From IMG/VR virus record IMGVR_UViG_3300009080_000001, positions 20,759 to 84,758 of that record: a stretch of DNA of 64,000 nt. One strand, 5' to 3'. Source of the stretch: a virus. This document shows positions 9,119-19,415 of this stretch, piece by piece. Each line of letters starts with the position of its first letter. Position 1 is the first letter of the stretch. A model generated the notes under the pieces. That model had not been told where the DNA came from. It did no database searches and saw only the letters and a list, made by a program, of their open reading frames with translations. The position numbers were made by a program, and so were the translations under genes.

Positions 9119-9315
9119 GTTGGTTATTAATGTTAGTATTACTAGCTTCGATATTTTCTTGGGTATTAACACATAGATATCAAGAAGAAATAGACGAGCT
9201 TAAAAAGAAACATAATTCAGAGATTGACGATTATCAGGATCAGATATATGATACTATGAATGAGATTGTTGAACTTGAGACTAAGATTAAAGATTTAAAA
9301 AGGAGGAAGTATTGA
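9115..9315 (+). CDS. membrane-anchored coiled-coil protein
   Basis: N-terminal hydrophobic helix followed by heptad-like region. Confidence 0.55.
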   Translation: MSWLLMLVLLASIFSWVLTHRYQEEIDELKKKHNSEIDDYQDQIYDTMNEIVELETKIKDLKRRKY

Positions 9316-9602
9316 AAAAAGTATATTACTATTGTACTTGTAATAAACAGGCTAAAGGAAACGGTGCAGAGGGCTTTAGAGAGGTTTTAGTAGACAATGA
9401 AGGCATATGCTTAGACTGTGGGTACTACGCTATGGTACTGCCTAGAACGGCTAGGAATAGGATGGAAATGTACTCTATATTAAGAATTGATAAACAAAGT
9501 GAGGAGAATCATTATCTAGGTGAGAGTTTGGTAGAGACTATTAGAGGTAAACAAGAGAATTTAGAGTATAAAGGAATAAAGCCCAACAGTAAAAACTTAT
9601 AG
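9312..9602 (+). CDS. putative Zn-ribbon protein
   Basis: CTC and CLDCG motifs. Confidence 0.5.
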   Translation: MKKVYYYCTCNKQAKGNGAEGFREVLVDNEGICLDCGYYAMVLPRTARNRMEMYSILRIDKQSEENHYLGESLVETIRGKQENLEYKGIKPNSKNL

Positions 9603-9720
9603 GGGAGAATGTGTCACAAAAAGAAAAGATAAAGTTTGCTATCTGGTTACACAACAAGTTAATTGATAGGTACCCAGAGATATTTAAAAACATGAAAAAA
9701 CAATATGAAAAGGAGAAAAA

Positions 9721-9930
9721 ATGAAGCAGATATTACTAGTACTAATGATGATAGGATTTACAGCGTGTTCAGGATTACCTGTAAAGCGTGGTGGTAGTAC
9801 CTCTATAGACCGCACAGAGCGTTGTGTGTTAAGGTTGGTAGAGAATAATGGGATTAGTGCGTCAGAGGCAGAGAAGGTATGTTCTAGGATATTTAGACGT
9901 AATTATGATACAATTGGGATTAAGAGGTAA
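9721..9930 (+). CDS. putative lipoprotein
   Basis: signal peptide with lipobox-like FTAC. Confidence 0.6.
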   Translation: MKQILLVLMMIGFTACSGLPVKRGGSTSIDRTERCVLRLVENNGISASEAEKVCSRIFRRNYDTIGIKR

Positions 9931-10172
9931 TGTTAAAAGTCGGAGATTATGTTTCTATTAAACAGGGTAAAAATCTAAAAGGCGATAAAGTTGGTGTATT
10001 TAGAAAAGTTACTGAATATATTGGTAAGTATGATTTATATAAAATAGAAGGTACTGAAGGTTATCCTTATTTTGAAGACGAGTTAGACGTTTATACTAGA
10101 GTTAAGAATACAAGACTTGCAAGGAAAATGTATCCAAAAGCAGTTGAAGAAAATGGTTGGTTGTATATATGA
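9930..10172 (+). CDS. TRLARK-module protein
   Basis: LKVGDYV; VKNTRLARKMYPKAVEENGWLYI. Confidence 0.8.
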   Translation: MLKVGDYVSIKQGKNLKGDKVGVFRKVTEYIGKYDLYKIEGTEGYPYFEDELDVYTRVKNTRLARKMYPKAVEENGWLYI

Positions 10173-10612
10173 AGTACTATAAACTACAAAACTATATGAA
10201 ACAAGCTGAGGTAATAGCTAAGAACTCTCCAGATACACAGAAACAAGTAGGAGCAGTACTAGTTAAGATAGATGGCGGAGAAGTTATAGCACAAGGTTAT
10301 AACGGATACGTAAGGAATACTATGACAGCATTGCCTACGACTAGACCAAAGAAGTATGAGTACATGATACATGCGGAAGAGAACGTGATATTAAACTGTG
10401 CTAGAAATGGCATTAGTACTAAAGACTGTTATTTAGTTTGCACTTTAAGTCCATGTAAATCATGTATGAGGAGAATGAAGCAAGCAGGAATTTCAACTAT
10501 TTACTTTAAAGAGAAGTACAAAGACTTCGAAGATCAGCTAACTATGAAAGATTTACAAATAGAGTTGACGCAGGTGAAGGATTACTATAGAATAAAGTTG
10601 GAGGTTAAATGA
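10169..10612 (+). CDS. dCMP deaminase
   Basis: QVGAVLV, GYNG, HAEEN, SPCKSC zinc deaminase motifs. Confidence 0.9.
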   Translation: MKYYKLQNYMKQAEVIAKNSPDTQKQVGAVLVKIDGGEVIAQGYNGYVRNTMTALPTTRPKKYEYMIHAEENVILNCARNGISTKDCYLVCTLSPCKSCMRRMKQAGISTIYFKEKYKDFEDQLTMKDLQIELTQVKDYYRIKLEVK

Positions 10613-10905
10613 AATTTAAAGTTGGTGATAAGGTTAAGTTTAAAGACAAACCGTATTTATTTAAAATACTAATGGAAGATACTTATGGATTTTTACTAGA
10701 GGATCTTGATGTTTCACCAGATTGTTGGAAGTTATCGAATAGTTCTGTATGGACACATGAACATAGTATAAAAGCAGGAACTATGATATATAATGAGTAC
10801 GGACAATCCAGTGATCTAGAACTAGCAAAATACAAATATACAAGATTAGCAGAGAAGTTATTCCCGAAAGGACATAAAGAAGGTGATTGGTGGATATTAG
10901 ATTAA
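10609..10905 (+). CDS. TRLARK-module protein (YTRLAEK subtype)
   Basis: KFKVGDKV; YKYTRLAEKLFPKGHKEGDWWIL. Confidence 0.8.
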   Translation: MKFKVGDKVKFKDKPYLFKILMEDTYGFLLEDLDVSPDCWKLSNSSVWTHEHSIKAGTMIYNEYGQSSDLELAKYKYTRLAEKLFPKGHKEGDWWILD

Positions 10906-10996
10906 GCAAGAGTACAGAATATAACAAAGACTATGGTATTATAGTACATAATCACTTTAGAGAGTTTGTGGTTAGAGTTAGCTTTGGTGTTTATAA

Positions 10997-11341
10997 TTGG
11001 AGAATAGTGTGGAAGAAGTAAGTAGATTTAAAGTTGGTGATATTGTTATTGGTAACGAGGATAATCACTACGGTATTACGAATAGAGAGAATATATGTAA
11101 GGTTGTTGGGTTTATTTCAGAAAATGAATATCCTCCGATAAATACACAAGGTACGGTTGAAGTCGGCGACGATATGTACGTTGAAGTTATTGAATCTAAA
11201 GATTTCGAATATGATGTTGGAAAAATATTTCCAGTAGATTCTAGTAGGTTCAAACATTGTAGAGTAGTTAACACAAGGTTAGCAAAGAAGTTATATCCAA
11301 AAGCTAATGAGTCAGAAGATGGGAAGTGGTTATATGTCTAA
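10997..11341 (+). CDS. TRLARK-module protein
   Basis: RFKVGDIV; VVNTRLAKKLYPKANESEDGKWLYV. Confidence 0.8.
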   Translation: MENSVEEVSRFKVGDIVIGNEDNHYGITNRENICKVVGFISENEYPPINTQGTVEVGDDMYVEVIESKDFEYDVGKIFPVDSSRFKHCRVVNTRLAKKLYPKANESEDGKWLYV

Positions 11342-11699
11342 GTTTAAAGTTGGTGATATCGTTACTAGACATGGTTGGGTGTTAGAAATAGCATGTGTTT
11401 CAAATTGGGAAGATGCTAAATCTGATGCTAAAGATTGGTATGTAGCTAGAATTTTAAGTGGTAATGCTAGTTTAGGAAATGTTATTGCTGAAGAATTTGA
11501 AGGGTACTTTAGAGATAATATCAATATTGAAAGTATAATGGAATCGTTGAATAAATATCCTGTTGGTGTTAAATTCAATTGGGGATTTGAACATTCTTTT
11601 GAATCAGTAGAGCCAATTAAAAAAACAAGATTAGCATTGAAAGTGATACCAAAAGAAGATATATTAAAAGAAACTGAGGAATGGTTATGGGTAAAATAA
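11334..11699 (+). CDS. TRLARK-module protein
   Basis: KFKVGDIV; IKKTRLALKVIPKEDILKETEEWLWV. Confidence 0.75.
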   Translation: MSKFKVGDIVTRHGWVLEIACVSNWEDAKSDAKDWYVARILSGNASLGNVIAEEFEGYFRDNINIESIMESLNKYPVGVKFNWGFEHSFESVEPIKKTRLALKVIPKEDILKETEEWLWVK

Positions 11700-12700
11700 A
11701 ACTAAGTAATACTAAACGTGGAAAGTACCATGAATGTCCAGCTAGGTATAACTTCCATTATAATTATAAGTACAGAACTAAAGTATATGGTAGCCCGCTT
11801 TTCTTTGGAGTAGCAGTAGATGAGGCTTTAAACAGAATGTTACTGGATAAGAAAAAGAATCATAATAAGCTTGAGAAAGAGTTGATGGAATTAACTTCAG
11901 TTGAAACATTCATTAAGTACATGACTGATGTTGAATATAACAAGCAGAATGTCTATATACCGACGTTTAAAGACTGTGCATACAGTAAGGCAGACTATGA
12001 TGCTACGATGCTCTCAGAGGAAGATTTGGAGGTCATAGGGCATGATTTAGATTACTGTTCAGCTCATGTTGAATGGTATCACGCTGAGAAGAAGAAAAAG
12101 ACTCCAGAAATATCAGAAGCAGATACACTTAGCTTTAACCTGATGAACTGGTACAGCCTTAGAAAAAAAGGACTGATGATTCTTGAGTTATATGAGAAGG
12201 ATATTATGCCTCAAATTCATGAGGTATTTAGTATACAAGAGAGAGTTAACTTACCTAATGGATCAGGTGACTCTATAGATGGTGTTATTGACTTCGTAGC
12301 AAGCTTTGTAGATGATCCTAGTGCTAAGTATGTAGTTGACAATAAGACTGCAAGTAAAGCTTATAAGGCTAAGGATTTGGACGAATCAGATCAATTACAT
12401 TTATATGCTTATTATAAGGAAATTGAGAATATTGCGTATATTGTTTGTGAGAAGAATATTAGGAAAAGAGATCCGAGAGTTAGGATTAATATATTGAAAG
12501 GTAGTACATGTGAAGACTTTACAGAGAATCTACTTGACGATTATGAGGAAGTACTGTATAACATTAGAGAGGAGAAGTTCAATCCAGATTTAAAAGGTGG
12601 TTGTATTTTCTGGGGCAAAAAATGCGAGTACTATAGTTTATGTCATTATGATAAGTTTGATGATAATATATTGGTTGATTTAAAGAAGGTTAAGAAATGA
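11687..12700 (+). CDS. PD-(D/E)XK (Cas4/RecB-like) exonuclease
   Basis: ECPARY, GVIDFV, VVDNKT, QLHLY and C-terminal C..W..KCEY...C. Confidence 0.85.
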   Translation: MGKIKLSNTKRGKYHECPARYNFHYNYKYRTKVYGSPLFFGVAVDEALNRMLLDKKKNHNKLEKELMELTSVETFIKYMTDVEYNKQNVYIPTFKDCAYSKADYDATMLSEEDLEVIGHDLDYCSAHVEWYHAEKKKKTPEISEADTLSFNLMNWYSLRKKGLMILELYEKDIMPQIHEVFSIQERVNLPNGSGDSIDGVIDFVASFVDDPSAKYVVDNKTASKAYKAKDLDESDQLHLYAYYKEIENIAYIVCEKNIRKRDPRVRINILKGSTCEDFTENLLDDYEEVLYNIREEKFNPDLKGGCIFWGKKCEYYSLCHYDKFDDNILVDLKKVKK

Positions 12701-12999
12701 GTAGAGTTTCAGACATTAGTGCGATAACTGAAGGATGTAAAATTAAATGGAAAGGTAAACCCTTTACTGATTTGATCTACACAATAGAGAAGGTTAATCA
12801 TAAAACTGGAATTGTTTTTATAAGTTGGATAAGTGAAAGAGGTTATGACTTTGTTGATAAATACAATCTAAAGGACGCAATAGAAAGCGGTCCTATATAT
12901 TTAGTAACAATAGACGTAAAAGATACAAGATTAGCAAGAAAGTTATACCCAAATGCAGAAGTATTAGATAACGGAATGTTACGGATAAAGGAGAAATAA
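12697..12999 (+). CDS. TRLARK-module protein
   Basis: VKDTRLARKLYPNAEVLDNGMLRI. Confidence 0.8.
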   Translation: MSRVSDISAITEGCKIKWKGKPFTDLIYTIEKVNHKTGIVFISWISERGYDFVDKYNLKDAIESGPIYLVTIDVKDTRLARKLYPNAEVLDNGMLRIKEK

Positions 13000-13340
13000 T
13001 GGAAAGTTTAGAAGAAGTACTGAGTATCGATACAGATTCTCAAAAAGCAGGAGAGAATAAAGCTTTGTTAAAAGAAATCAAACAATTCTTAAAGAAACAA
13101 ACTAAGAAGGAAGTTAACTTAGAGAAGAAAGCGGAGGATATGCCTTATGAGGCTGTATCAGTTGTTGGGAATAGGTTCGTATCCATTAAGTTTAGTTTAG
13201 AAACAAGGGAAGCAGTTGTTGTTGACATTGAAGTAGATTCAAGAGATAATGGTAAACAGAATTATATGGCTTTTGGTAGAGCTGATAATAAATTAAGAAC
13301 AATGACTAGAGACTCAAAAGGAGATAATGGCGATGAGTAA
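12999..13340 (+). CDS. hypothetical protein
   Basis: coupled ORF, SD AAGGAG. Confidence 0.6.
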   Translation: MESLEEVLSIDTDSQKAGENKALLKEIKQFLKKQTKKEVNLEKKAEDMPYEAVSVVGNRFVSIKFSLETREAVVVDIEVDSRDNGKQNYMAFGRADNKLRTMTRDSKGDNGDE

Positions 13341-13701
13341 AATTAACAAAACAGCTTTAGAAGCTAAAGAACAAGACGTACAGTTAAAGATTAGAGAAGC
13401 ACAATGGTTAGAAGACTTACGTGGTAAAGGTAGAAGTCCAGAGGATGTAGAGAGTGTTGCAAGAGACATTCTAGGTATTGACGAGAATGGAAGTGTAATT
13501 GCTACAGCATCAGAAGTACTACCTAAGTTTAATAGTGCAAAAATGGCACTAATTCAAATTAACGGGTTGACAGAGAAGTTAGTAGATGGTAACTTAATAT
13601 CTCAGGAAGAAGAGATTCTACTGAATAGTATTGAAAGAAGGTTAGCAGATAAAGTATCTAAATTTTACGGTATTGACAGTATTTACGAAGGAGAACAATA
13701 G
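13327..13701 (+). CDS. hypothetical protein
   Basis: ORF, SD AGGAG. Confidence 0.6.
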   Translation: MAMSKINKTALEAKEQDVQLKIREAQWLEDLRGKGRSPEDVESVARDILGIDENGSVIATASEVLPKFNSAKMALIQINGLTEKLVDGNLISQEEEILLNSIERRLADKVSKFYGIDSIYEGEQ

Positions 13702-13855
13702 TGAATGACTACTTTTTAGAGACATTAGGGTTTGTATTTCTAGTATTAACAAGTGTGGGGATACTTTTATTTTTATCATATGTAATAGCTATTATTTTTG
13801 AAATAAGAGATGAAGTGTATACTATAAAAAATAAACTAAGGAAAGGGAAGAAAAA

Positions 13856-14356
13856 ATGAGTAAAGAATTAACAAAGAAACTAGCAAAGATTCAGAGTACA
13901 TTACATGCACCAAAGAATCAACGCAATAGTTTTGGAAACTACAACTACCGAAGCTGTGAGGATATCTTAGAGGCTGTTAAACCGCTTCTGGGAGACTTAA
14001 CACTAGTAATTGATGATGAGATACTACCTGCTTTAGATAGGGTTTATATCAAGGCTACAGCGACGATTTCAGATGGTGAGCATAATATATCAGTATCATC
14101 ATATGCTAGAGAGTCAGACTCTAAGAAAGGTATGGATTCAGCACAGTTAACAGGAGCTACAAGTTCATATGCTAGGAAGTACGCACTTAACGGATTGTTC
14201 TTGATTGACGATAATAAAGATGCAGATACTGATGAAGCTAAAGGTGGCAAGAAAGCTGCACCAAAGAAACCAGTAGCAGCAAGTTCAAGTAAAGATAGTT
14301 TTAGAAGACCAAAAAAGAAACAAGAGCCAACACAGGAGGCATTTGATGACATCTAG
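13856..14356 (+). CDS. erf: ERF-family ssDNA-annealing recombinase
   Basis: APKNQRNSFGNYNYRSCEDI and QLTGATSSYARKYALNGLF.I.D..DAD signature. Confidence 0.9.
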   Translation: MSKELTKKLAKIQSTLHAPKNQRNSFGNYNYRSCEDILEAVKPLLGDLTLVIDDEILPALDRVYIKATATISDGEHNISVSSYARESDSKKGMDSAQLTGATSSYARKYALNGLFLIDDNKDADTDEAKGGKKAAPKKPVAASSSKDSFRRPKKKQEPTQEAFDDI

Positions 14357-14579
14357 TTATCAAAAGAACAAGAAGGCTATATTAAAGTACCAGAAGAATA
14401 ATCCGTACTATAGGGAATATAAGAGGATTTATGAAGCTAAGTACAGAGAAGAGAATAAGATTCTATGGAACTTAAAGTCTTGGAAAGCAACACAAAGAAA
14501 AAAAGGTAAACGTATAACGCCTGAGAAAGAAATGTTATATTTAATGTATAGATTAGCAGGGGAGAATGTCCATGTCTAA
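14343..14579 (+). CDS. basic hypothetical protein
   Basis: K/R/Y-rich ORF. Confidence 0.5.
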   Translation: MMTSSYQKNKKAILKYQKNNPYYREYKRIYEAKYREENKILWNLKSWKATQRKKGKRITPEKEMLYLMYRLAGENVHV

Positions 14580-14895
14580 AGAAAAAGAAGCGTATAGCAT
14601 TGAACAAGCGTACGAAGATTTGCAAAGAGGAATTGAACTTGGAATTAATGACTTGACAAGTAAGTTACATTCAAGTATAAAAGAACTAAGCAAATCTGAA
14701 CTGGAAAGATCGATTAAAGCAATTATCGATTATCCAAATGCAGTAAATGTTTACAGTAAAAAAGAAGAATTGTTTGTTAAAGATTTAGTTGCCTTAAGGG
14801 GATTACATCTACAAGCAGAATTACAATCAATAGCCGAACTACAAAAACAAGGAGACGAAAATGGCGAAGAAGCAAAAGACAGTACAATTGGGTAG
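14566..14895 (+). CDS. hypothetical protein
   Basis: ORF in operon. Confidence 0.6.
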   Translation: MSMSKEKEAYSIEQAYEDLQRGIELGINDLTSKLHSSIKELSKSELERSIKAIIDYPNAVNVYSKKEELFVKDLVALRGLHLQAELQSIAELQKQGDENGEEAKDSTIG

Positions 14896-15187
14896 CATTA
14901 GAAAGGGACAATACGGACCATTCTTAAGTTTTGATTCAAGTATTAAAGAAATTCAAGTAACAAGAGAGTATGTATCTAATGGTGATACTGTAACTGAAGT
15001 ACTTAAAGTTCCAGTGAATGAGAAAGGTTATTTAGGTGCTGCAAATATTCAAAAGATTGAGGATTCATTTGCGTTTAAAATTGAGCAAGGATGGGTTACA
15101 GAAGAAAAAGCAGAAGAAACTATTGGTAAGTTAAAAGCCGGAACAACTCCGACTAGTAGCTTCGTTTCTGTTAAAATGGAAAGCTAA
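14861..15187 (+). CDS. hypothetical protein, possibly ssDNA-binding
   Basis: GSIRKGQYGPFLS beta-rich start; near erf; followed by terminator. Confidence 0.5.
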   Translation: MAKKQKTVQLGSIRKGQYGPFLSFDSSIKEIQVTREYVSNGDTVTEVLKVPVNEKGYLGAANIQKIEDSFAFKIEQGWVTEEKAEETIGKLKAGTTPTSSFVSVKMES

Positions 15188-15231
15188 TACCTACCTTTCA
15201 ACTAAATTGTTGAGAGCTAGAGTCAAACAAT

Positions 15232-15262
15232 GCAGGGGGTTCCTCCACTCCCTGCTTCTTAT
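15232..15262 (+). terminator. intrinsic terminator
   Basis: GCAGGGGG-ttcctcca-CTCCCTGC stem-loop followed by TTCTTAT. Confidence 0.6.
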
Positions 15263-15286
15263 CTAATGGAGGAACTTGGAGGAGTT

Positions 15287-15502
15287 ATGAATATTAAAGT
15301 AACATGTAGCGGTTGGGAAGATCATTATTGGGAATTGGAGACTATTCCTAGAGTAGGTGATATTATAATATATAGAAACCGTATTGATACCGTTTATCCT
15401 CCCTTTAAAGTAGATCAAGTTATCCATATGCCCTCAGTTGATTTAGACGGAAAATGGAGTTATTCATATGAGATTAATTGTGAAGAATTGGAGGAGTTAT
15501 GA
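15287..15502 (+). CDS. hypothetical protein (PRVGD beta-barrel-like, no TRLARK module)
   Basis: ATG after GGAGGAG; IPRVGDII. Confidence 0.6.
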   Translation: MNIKVTCSGWEDHYWELETIPRVGDIIIYRNRIDTVYPPFKVDQVIHMPSVDLDGKWSYSYEINCEELEEL

Positions 15503-15735
15503 AAGATATTTTAATAAATGCAATAATGTTTCCTTTAATAGTAGTAGGAGGTATGCTATTACTAGTAGGGTTTATAATATTATCAGTTTTACCTCTATTT
15601 ATACTGATTATGGTATATCCACATACTCCGCCAGATTGGTTAGCAATGTCTACCGTTGTATTTAATTTAATATGGTTAGGGTTACTTTCACAATCCGGTG
15701 AAATATTTGAGGTGTTATCATCAAAAAGAAACTAA
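15499..15735 (+). CDS. membrane protein
   Basis: two hydrophobic segments; SD GGAGGAG. Confidence 0.6.
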   Translation: MKDILINAIMFPLIVVGGMLLLVGFIILSVLPLFILIMVYPHTPPDWLAMSTVVFNLIWLGLLSQSGEIFEVLSSKRN

Positions 15736-15946
15736 GCCAAAGCGTAGGTTTATACAAACGCAGGGAAAAAGATATATTAAGACACTTCTCAAAAGTTGGA
15801 TACAGCCAAGAAGCTGTTACAGATTACGGTGCATCTTGTATGATTCCATTAATAGTTGTATATTACTACTTATGGAAGAACGGAGAAGAGGAAGCAAAAG
15901 AGCATATCGATAGGTTAGGTGCTTATTATGAAATTGAGGTAGATGT

Positions 15947-16201
15947 ATGAAAAAGTATATGTATGTTGGATATGAATACGAAGGTGACTGGGCAACAAAA
16001 GAGTCGGCGTTTGGAGGTGTCTATTACGGAGAGCCTTGGCACGATAAGTTAAATCTATTTTATTATCCTAGCGGAGAGTACTTTGTAACAGTTGAATTAA
16101 ACGAGGTTGTTGAAGAAACTAAACCAACGAGATTAGCAAGAAAGATGTTTCCAAATGCTATTAATCATTTTGGTAGTATGTTTATATTGGAGGGTAGGTG
16201 A
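15947..16201 (+). CDS. TRLARK-module protein
   Basis: TKPTRLARKMFPNAINHFGSMFIL. Confidence 0.75.
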   Translation: MKKYMYVGYEYEGDWATKESAFGGVYYGEPWHDKLNLFYYPSGEYFVTVELNEVVEETKPTRLARKMFPNAINHFGSMFILEGR

Positions 16202-16692
16202 TAAAACTTTACACACAATTTGGAGAATTAATAGTTTGTAATAAAGCTGAGTTTTTAGGAATGGTTCCACATGAGACTGTTGGTCCGAAAGTTGACTTAC
16301 CATATATTACAGGACTTAATGAAGAAATTGGAAGTTTCAATATGATTAATAAAAAATTAGATATTAATAGTAATTTACAGTTCTTTTCTAATAAACATTT
16401 TCCGAAAAAGAGAATGATGGACGTTGTTATGGAACTTGGAACTAATTATATGTTCCCAGAAACATTACATTGTGTTATTGTAGGTAAGAATTTCTATTTA
16501 TATAGTGATCCAGTAGTATATGAGTTTGCAGGAAAATATCAGGTTATTTCTAAAAAATACCAAGACGTTTATAGTTGCAGTATTGAACATTCTGGGATTA
16601 TGGATAAGATACAGAGATTTAAAGCTACTAGATTAGCAAAAAAGATGTTTCCAGATGTTTTAGAAGTTGACGGGTGGTTGTATTCATGTTAG
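16198..16692 (+). CDS. TRLARK-module protein
   Basis: FKATRLAKKMFPDVLEVDGWLYSC. Confidence 0.75.
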   Translation: MIKLYTQFGELIVCNKAEFLGMVPHETVGPKVDLPYITGLNEEIGSFNMINKKLDINSNLQFFSNKHFPKKRMMDVVMELGTNYMFPETLHCVIVGKNFYLYSDPVVYEFAGKYQVISKKYQDVYSCSIEHSGIMDKIQRFKATRLAKKMFPDVLEVDGWLYSC

Positions 16693-16710
16693 ATTGGTTT
16701 TGGAGGTAGT

Positions 16711-16965
16711 ATGGAATTTAAAGTTGGAGATTTAGTTAGATGTGTAGATGTTTCAGGATCAATACCTTTGCCACTGAAATTACATAATATTTATACAATA
16801 GAGGGCGAAGAATTCGGTAAATATATACGAGTAGTTGGAGTAAATAGATGGTTTACAAACGGAAGGTTTAAAAAACTGGAGAAAGTAAATAACACACGAC
16901 TAGCTAGAAAAATGTATCCAAAAGCAGAGGTTGACGAAGACGGTATGTTGGTTATAGAATGTTAG
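16711..16965 (+). CDS. TRLARK-module protein
   Basis: EFKVGDLV; VNNTRLARKMYPKAEVDEDGMLVI. Confidence 0.8.
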   Translation: MEFKVGDLVRCVDVSGSIPLPLKLHNIYTIEGEEFGKYIRVVGVNRWFTNGRFKKLEKVNNTRLARKMYPKAEVDEDGMLVIEC

Positions 16966-17168
16966 ATACTATATTGTACGTATTTTTAACAATTACGAAC
17001 TCACCAACTTATGTACCACCATATGATGTATGTAAGAAAGATATAAGTCATTTAAGTACAAGCAACCAAATTACATTTACAATTGGTTGTAGTGAAAATA
17101 AAGGAATAAGAGTATATCCAGATAGAATATTAGAAGATATATATAACGGAAAAGAATATGGCTACTAG
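16959..17168 (+). CDS. hypothetical protein
   Basis: coupled ORF. Confidence 0.5.
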   Translation: MLDTILYVFLTITNSPTYVPPYDVCKKDISHLSTSNQITFTIGCSENKGIRVYPDRILEDIYNGKEYGY

Positions 17169-17176
17169 GAGGAAAA

Positions 17177-17503
17177 GTGACCGATAATGAAGTGAATAAG
17201 ATTATAGCCGAGTATATAGGCGATCCTATCGAAGTAGAGATCGATGGTACGACTAAAATAATGGACGATATGGGGTATATGGAAAAAGACTTATACACAA
17301 AATCTCTAGACGCACTTGTGCCTGTTTGGGAGAAGTTAAAAAAAGACTTCACTATGGATAGAGATGAGTGGGGAATACACATGGCTTTTTATAAAGGAAC
17401 AGATGTTATAGTTAAAGAACAGAATGTTGGATCAATTCAACAAACAATGGCACACGCAACAGCAAAAGCAATAATAAATATGGAGGAAGAAAATGATGGC
17501 TAA
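17177..17503 (+). CDS. hypothetical phage protein (ABA-sandwich-like pattern)
   Basis: EVNKIIAEYIG...YTKSLDALVPVWEKL...ATAKAI. Confidence 0.5.
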   Translation: MTDNEVNKIIAEYIGDPIEVEIDGTTKIMDDMGYMEKDLYTKSLDALVPVWEKLKKDFTMDRDEWGIHMAFYKGTDVIVKEQNVGSIQQTMAHATAKAIINMEEENDG

Positions 17504-19415
17504 ATACCACAGAGTATGTACGAGTTTAAAAGACAAAGGAACATTAATCCCAGAAGGGGCTGATTTAGACAAATATAAAGCAGGAGAAGCTTATATTTCA
17601 GCATATCAGTACAATGAAGATCACAAGAAGTTATTTGATAAAAACAAGTCAGTAGCGGGAATTACAGACGTTACTACAGATATAATCTACTTCGATTTAG
17701 ATAATGAAGATATTGAAGTTGCAAGAAAAGATACTATTGAGGTTGTGAACCGATTGGCAAACTATGAGATTACCTCCAATCAAATCAAAACGTGCCTTTC
17801 AGGAAATAAGGGTTTTCACTTAGCCCTACACACAACTGAAACATTCACTCCAGAAGAAGCTAGGTCGTTAGCTATTAAATTAGCTGGCGATCTGGACTCT
17901 TTTGACTCAAGTATTTACAATGCTAACAGAATTATCAGGATTGAAGGAAGTGTCCATCCAAAGACCCAATTACGTAAAACAGAGCTTACATTTAAGGAGC
18001 TTCAGACGCTCAGTATTGGCGATATAAAGGACTTAGCTAAAGACGAGTACGATTACCTTAAACCGTCTAAAATAGAGCCTATAGAGTCGTTTATGAAGCT
18101 TACAGAGAGTGTTATAAAGAAGGATAAAGCCGAGAATATTGAGACTACGGAAACGCTTGATTATTTGTCTAATCCGTACAAGTTACAGCCTTGGAAATTA
18201 GCATTATCTCAAGGATTCTTTCCAAATGGAAATAGAAGTAATTCATTGATGATTTTAGGAGCTACTTTAAAGAATAAAGGGTTACTGAAAGAACAGTGTT
18301 ATTATGCCCTGAAAGCAGCCGCTGATTTACAGTCAGATAGATATGGTAAAGATAAATTTAAGAAAGAGGAGATTTGGGAAAAGGTTATTGAGCAAATTTA
18401 CAAAGCTACTTGGAATAATGGTAGTTACTCAGAAGATCACTTTCCAACTCAGTTACAAGCTTATTTTGAAGAGTTAGGGATACCTAGAAAGGAATATGCT
18501 GAGATAGCTAGTGATGTAGTTAGTATCGATGATAAGTTCGATGATTTCGTTAATTATGCAACTAATATTGATGAACATACTATGACGTTTGGTATTCCAA
18601 GTTTAGATAATGCTTTAAAAGTTAGAAAGGGTCATTTAATCGGACTACTAGCCGGACCGGGAATTGGTAAGACTAGTTTCGCTATTACATTCTTAAATAA
18701 CTGTTCTAAGCAAGGTTCTAAGTGCTTTTTCGGTTCATACGATATGTATTCACTAAATGTTTACCAGAAACTAATACAAAGACATACAGGTTATACTGAA
18801 GATGAAATGTTCCAATTTTTCAAAGATAAAGATAAAAAGAAGATTGAGGAATTTAGAGGAATCTTAAATACCGAGTATGAGAATGTATCATTCTGTTTTA
18901 AATCTGGACAATCAATTAGTGACCTTAAGAAGTCAATTGAGATGAAAGAAGAAGAGATGGGTGAGAAGATGGGACTAGTTGTAATTGATTATTTAGAGCT
19001 AGTACAAGTTGATGTTGCAGATGCTACAGCTAAAAGTTTAGAAGCTGTTAACGGACTTAGAGAGATTGCTAATGAAGGAAGGGTAGTTGTAGTACTATTA
19101 CAACCTAATAAGATTAGCTCTAAGCCAGATCAGCCGCTATTAAGCTATAATGCAGCAAAAGGTTCATCAATGGTAGCACAAGCAGTTACAGCTATGTTAA
19201 CGTGTCATAGACCGGGCTATAGCTCAGAGAATCCAGAGAATGATCTGTATTTCAGCGTTAATTGTGTTAAGAATCGTAATGGTGCTTTATTTCAAAGAGA
19301 CTTCGGCTGGATAGGTAAGACCCAGACTATTTTCGAGATGGGAGATGATGAGAGATTTGCCTTGAATTTATTAAGAGATACTAAAAGGGACGCTGATGAT
19401 GACGATGGTTATTAG
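17493..19415 (+). CDS. primase-helicase (AEP primase + DnaB/SF4 helicase)
   Basis: YFDLD, SGNKGFH, RIIRI.GS.H; Walker A GPGIGKTS, VVIDYL, LLQ, KNRNG. Confidence 0.9.
   Translation: MMAKYHRVCTSLKDKGTLIPEGADLDKYKAGEAYISAYQYNEDHKKLFDKNKSVAGITDVTTDIIYFDLDNEDIEVARKDTIEVVNRLANYEITSNQIKTCLSGNKGFHLALHTTETFTPEEARSLAIKLAGDLDSFDSSIYNANRIIRIEGSVHPKTQLRKTELTFKELQTLSIGDIKDLAKDEYDYLKPSKIEPIESFMKLTESVIKKDKAENIETTETLDYLSNPYKLQPWKLALSQGFFPNGNRSNSLMILGATLKNKGLLKEQCYYALKAAADLQSDRYGKDKFKKEEIWEKVIEQIYKATWNNGSYSEDHFPTQLQAYFEELGIPRKEYAEIASDVVSIDDKFDDFVNYATNIDEHTMTFGIPSLDNALKVRKGHLIGLLAGPGIGKTSFAITFLNNCSKQGSKCFFGSYDMYSLNVYQKLIQRHTGYTEDEMFQFFKDKDKKKIEEFRGILNTEYENVSFCFKSGQSISDLKKSIEMKEEEMGEKMGLVVIDYLELVQVDVADATAKSLEAVNGLREIANEGRVVVVLLQPNKISSKPDQPLLSYNAAKGSSMVAQAVTAMLTCHRPGYSSENPENDLYFSVNCVKNRNGALFQRDFGWIGKTQTIFEMGDDERFALNLLRDTKRDADDDDGY

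Noticed and set aside
11687-12700. Cas4 as evidence of a CRISPR system
   Set aside because: It is a stand-alone phage PD-(D/E)XK exonuclease near erf, with no repeats or other cas genes.
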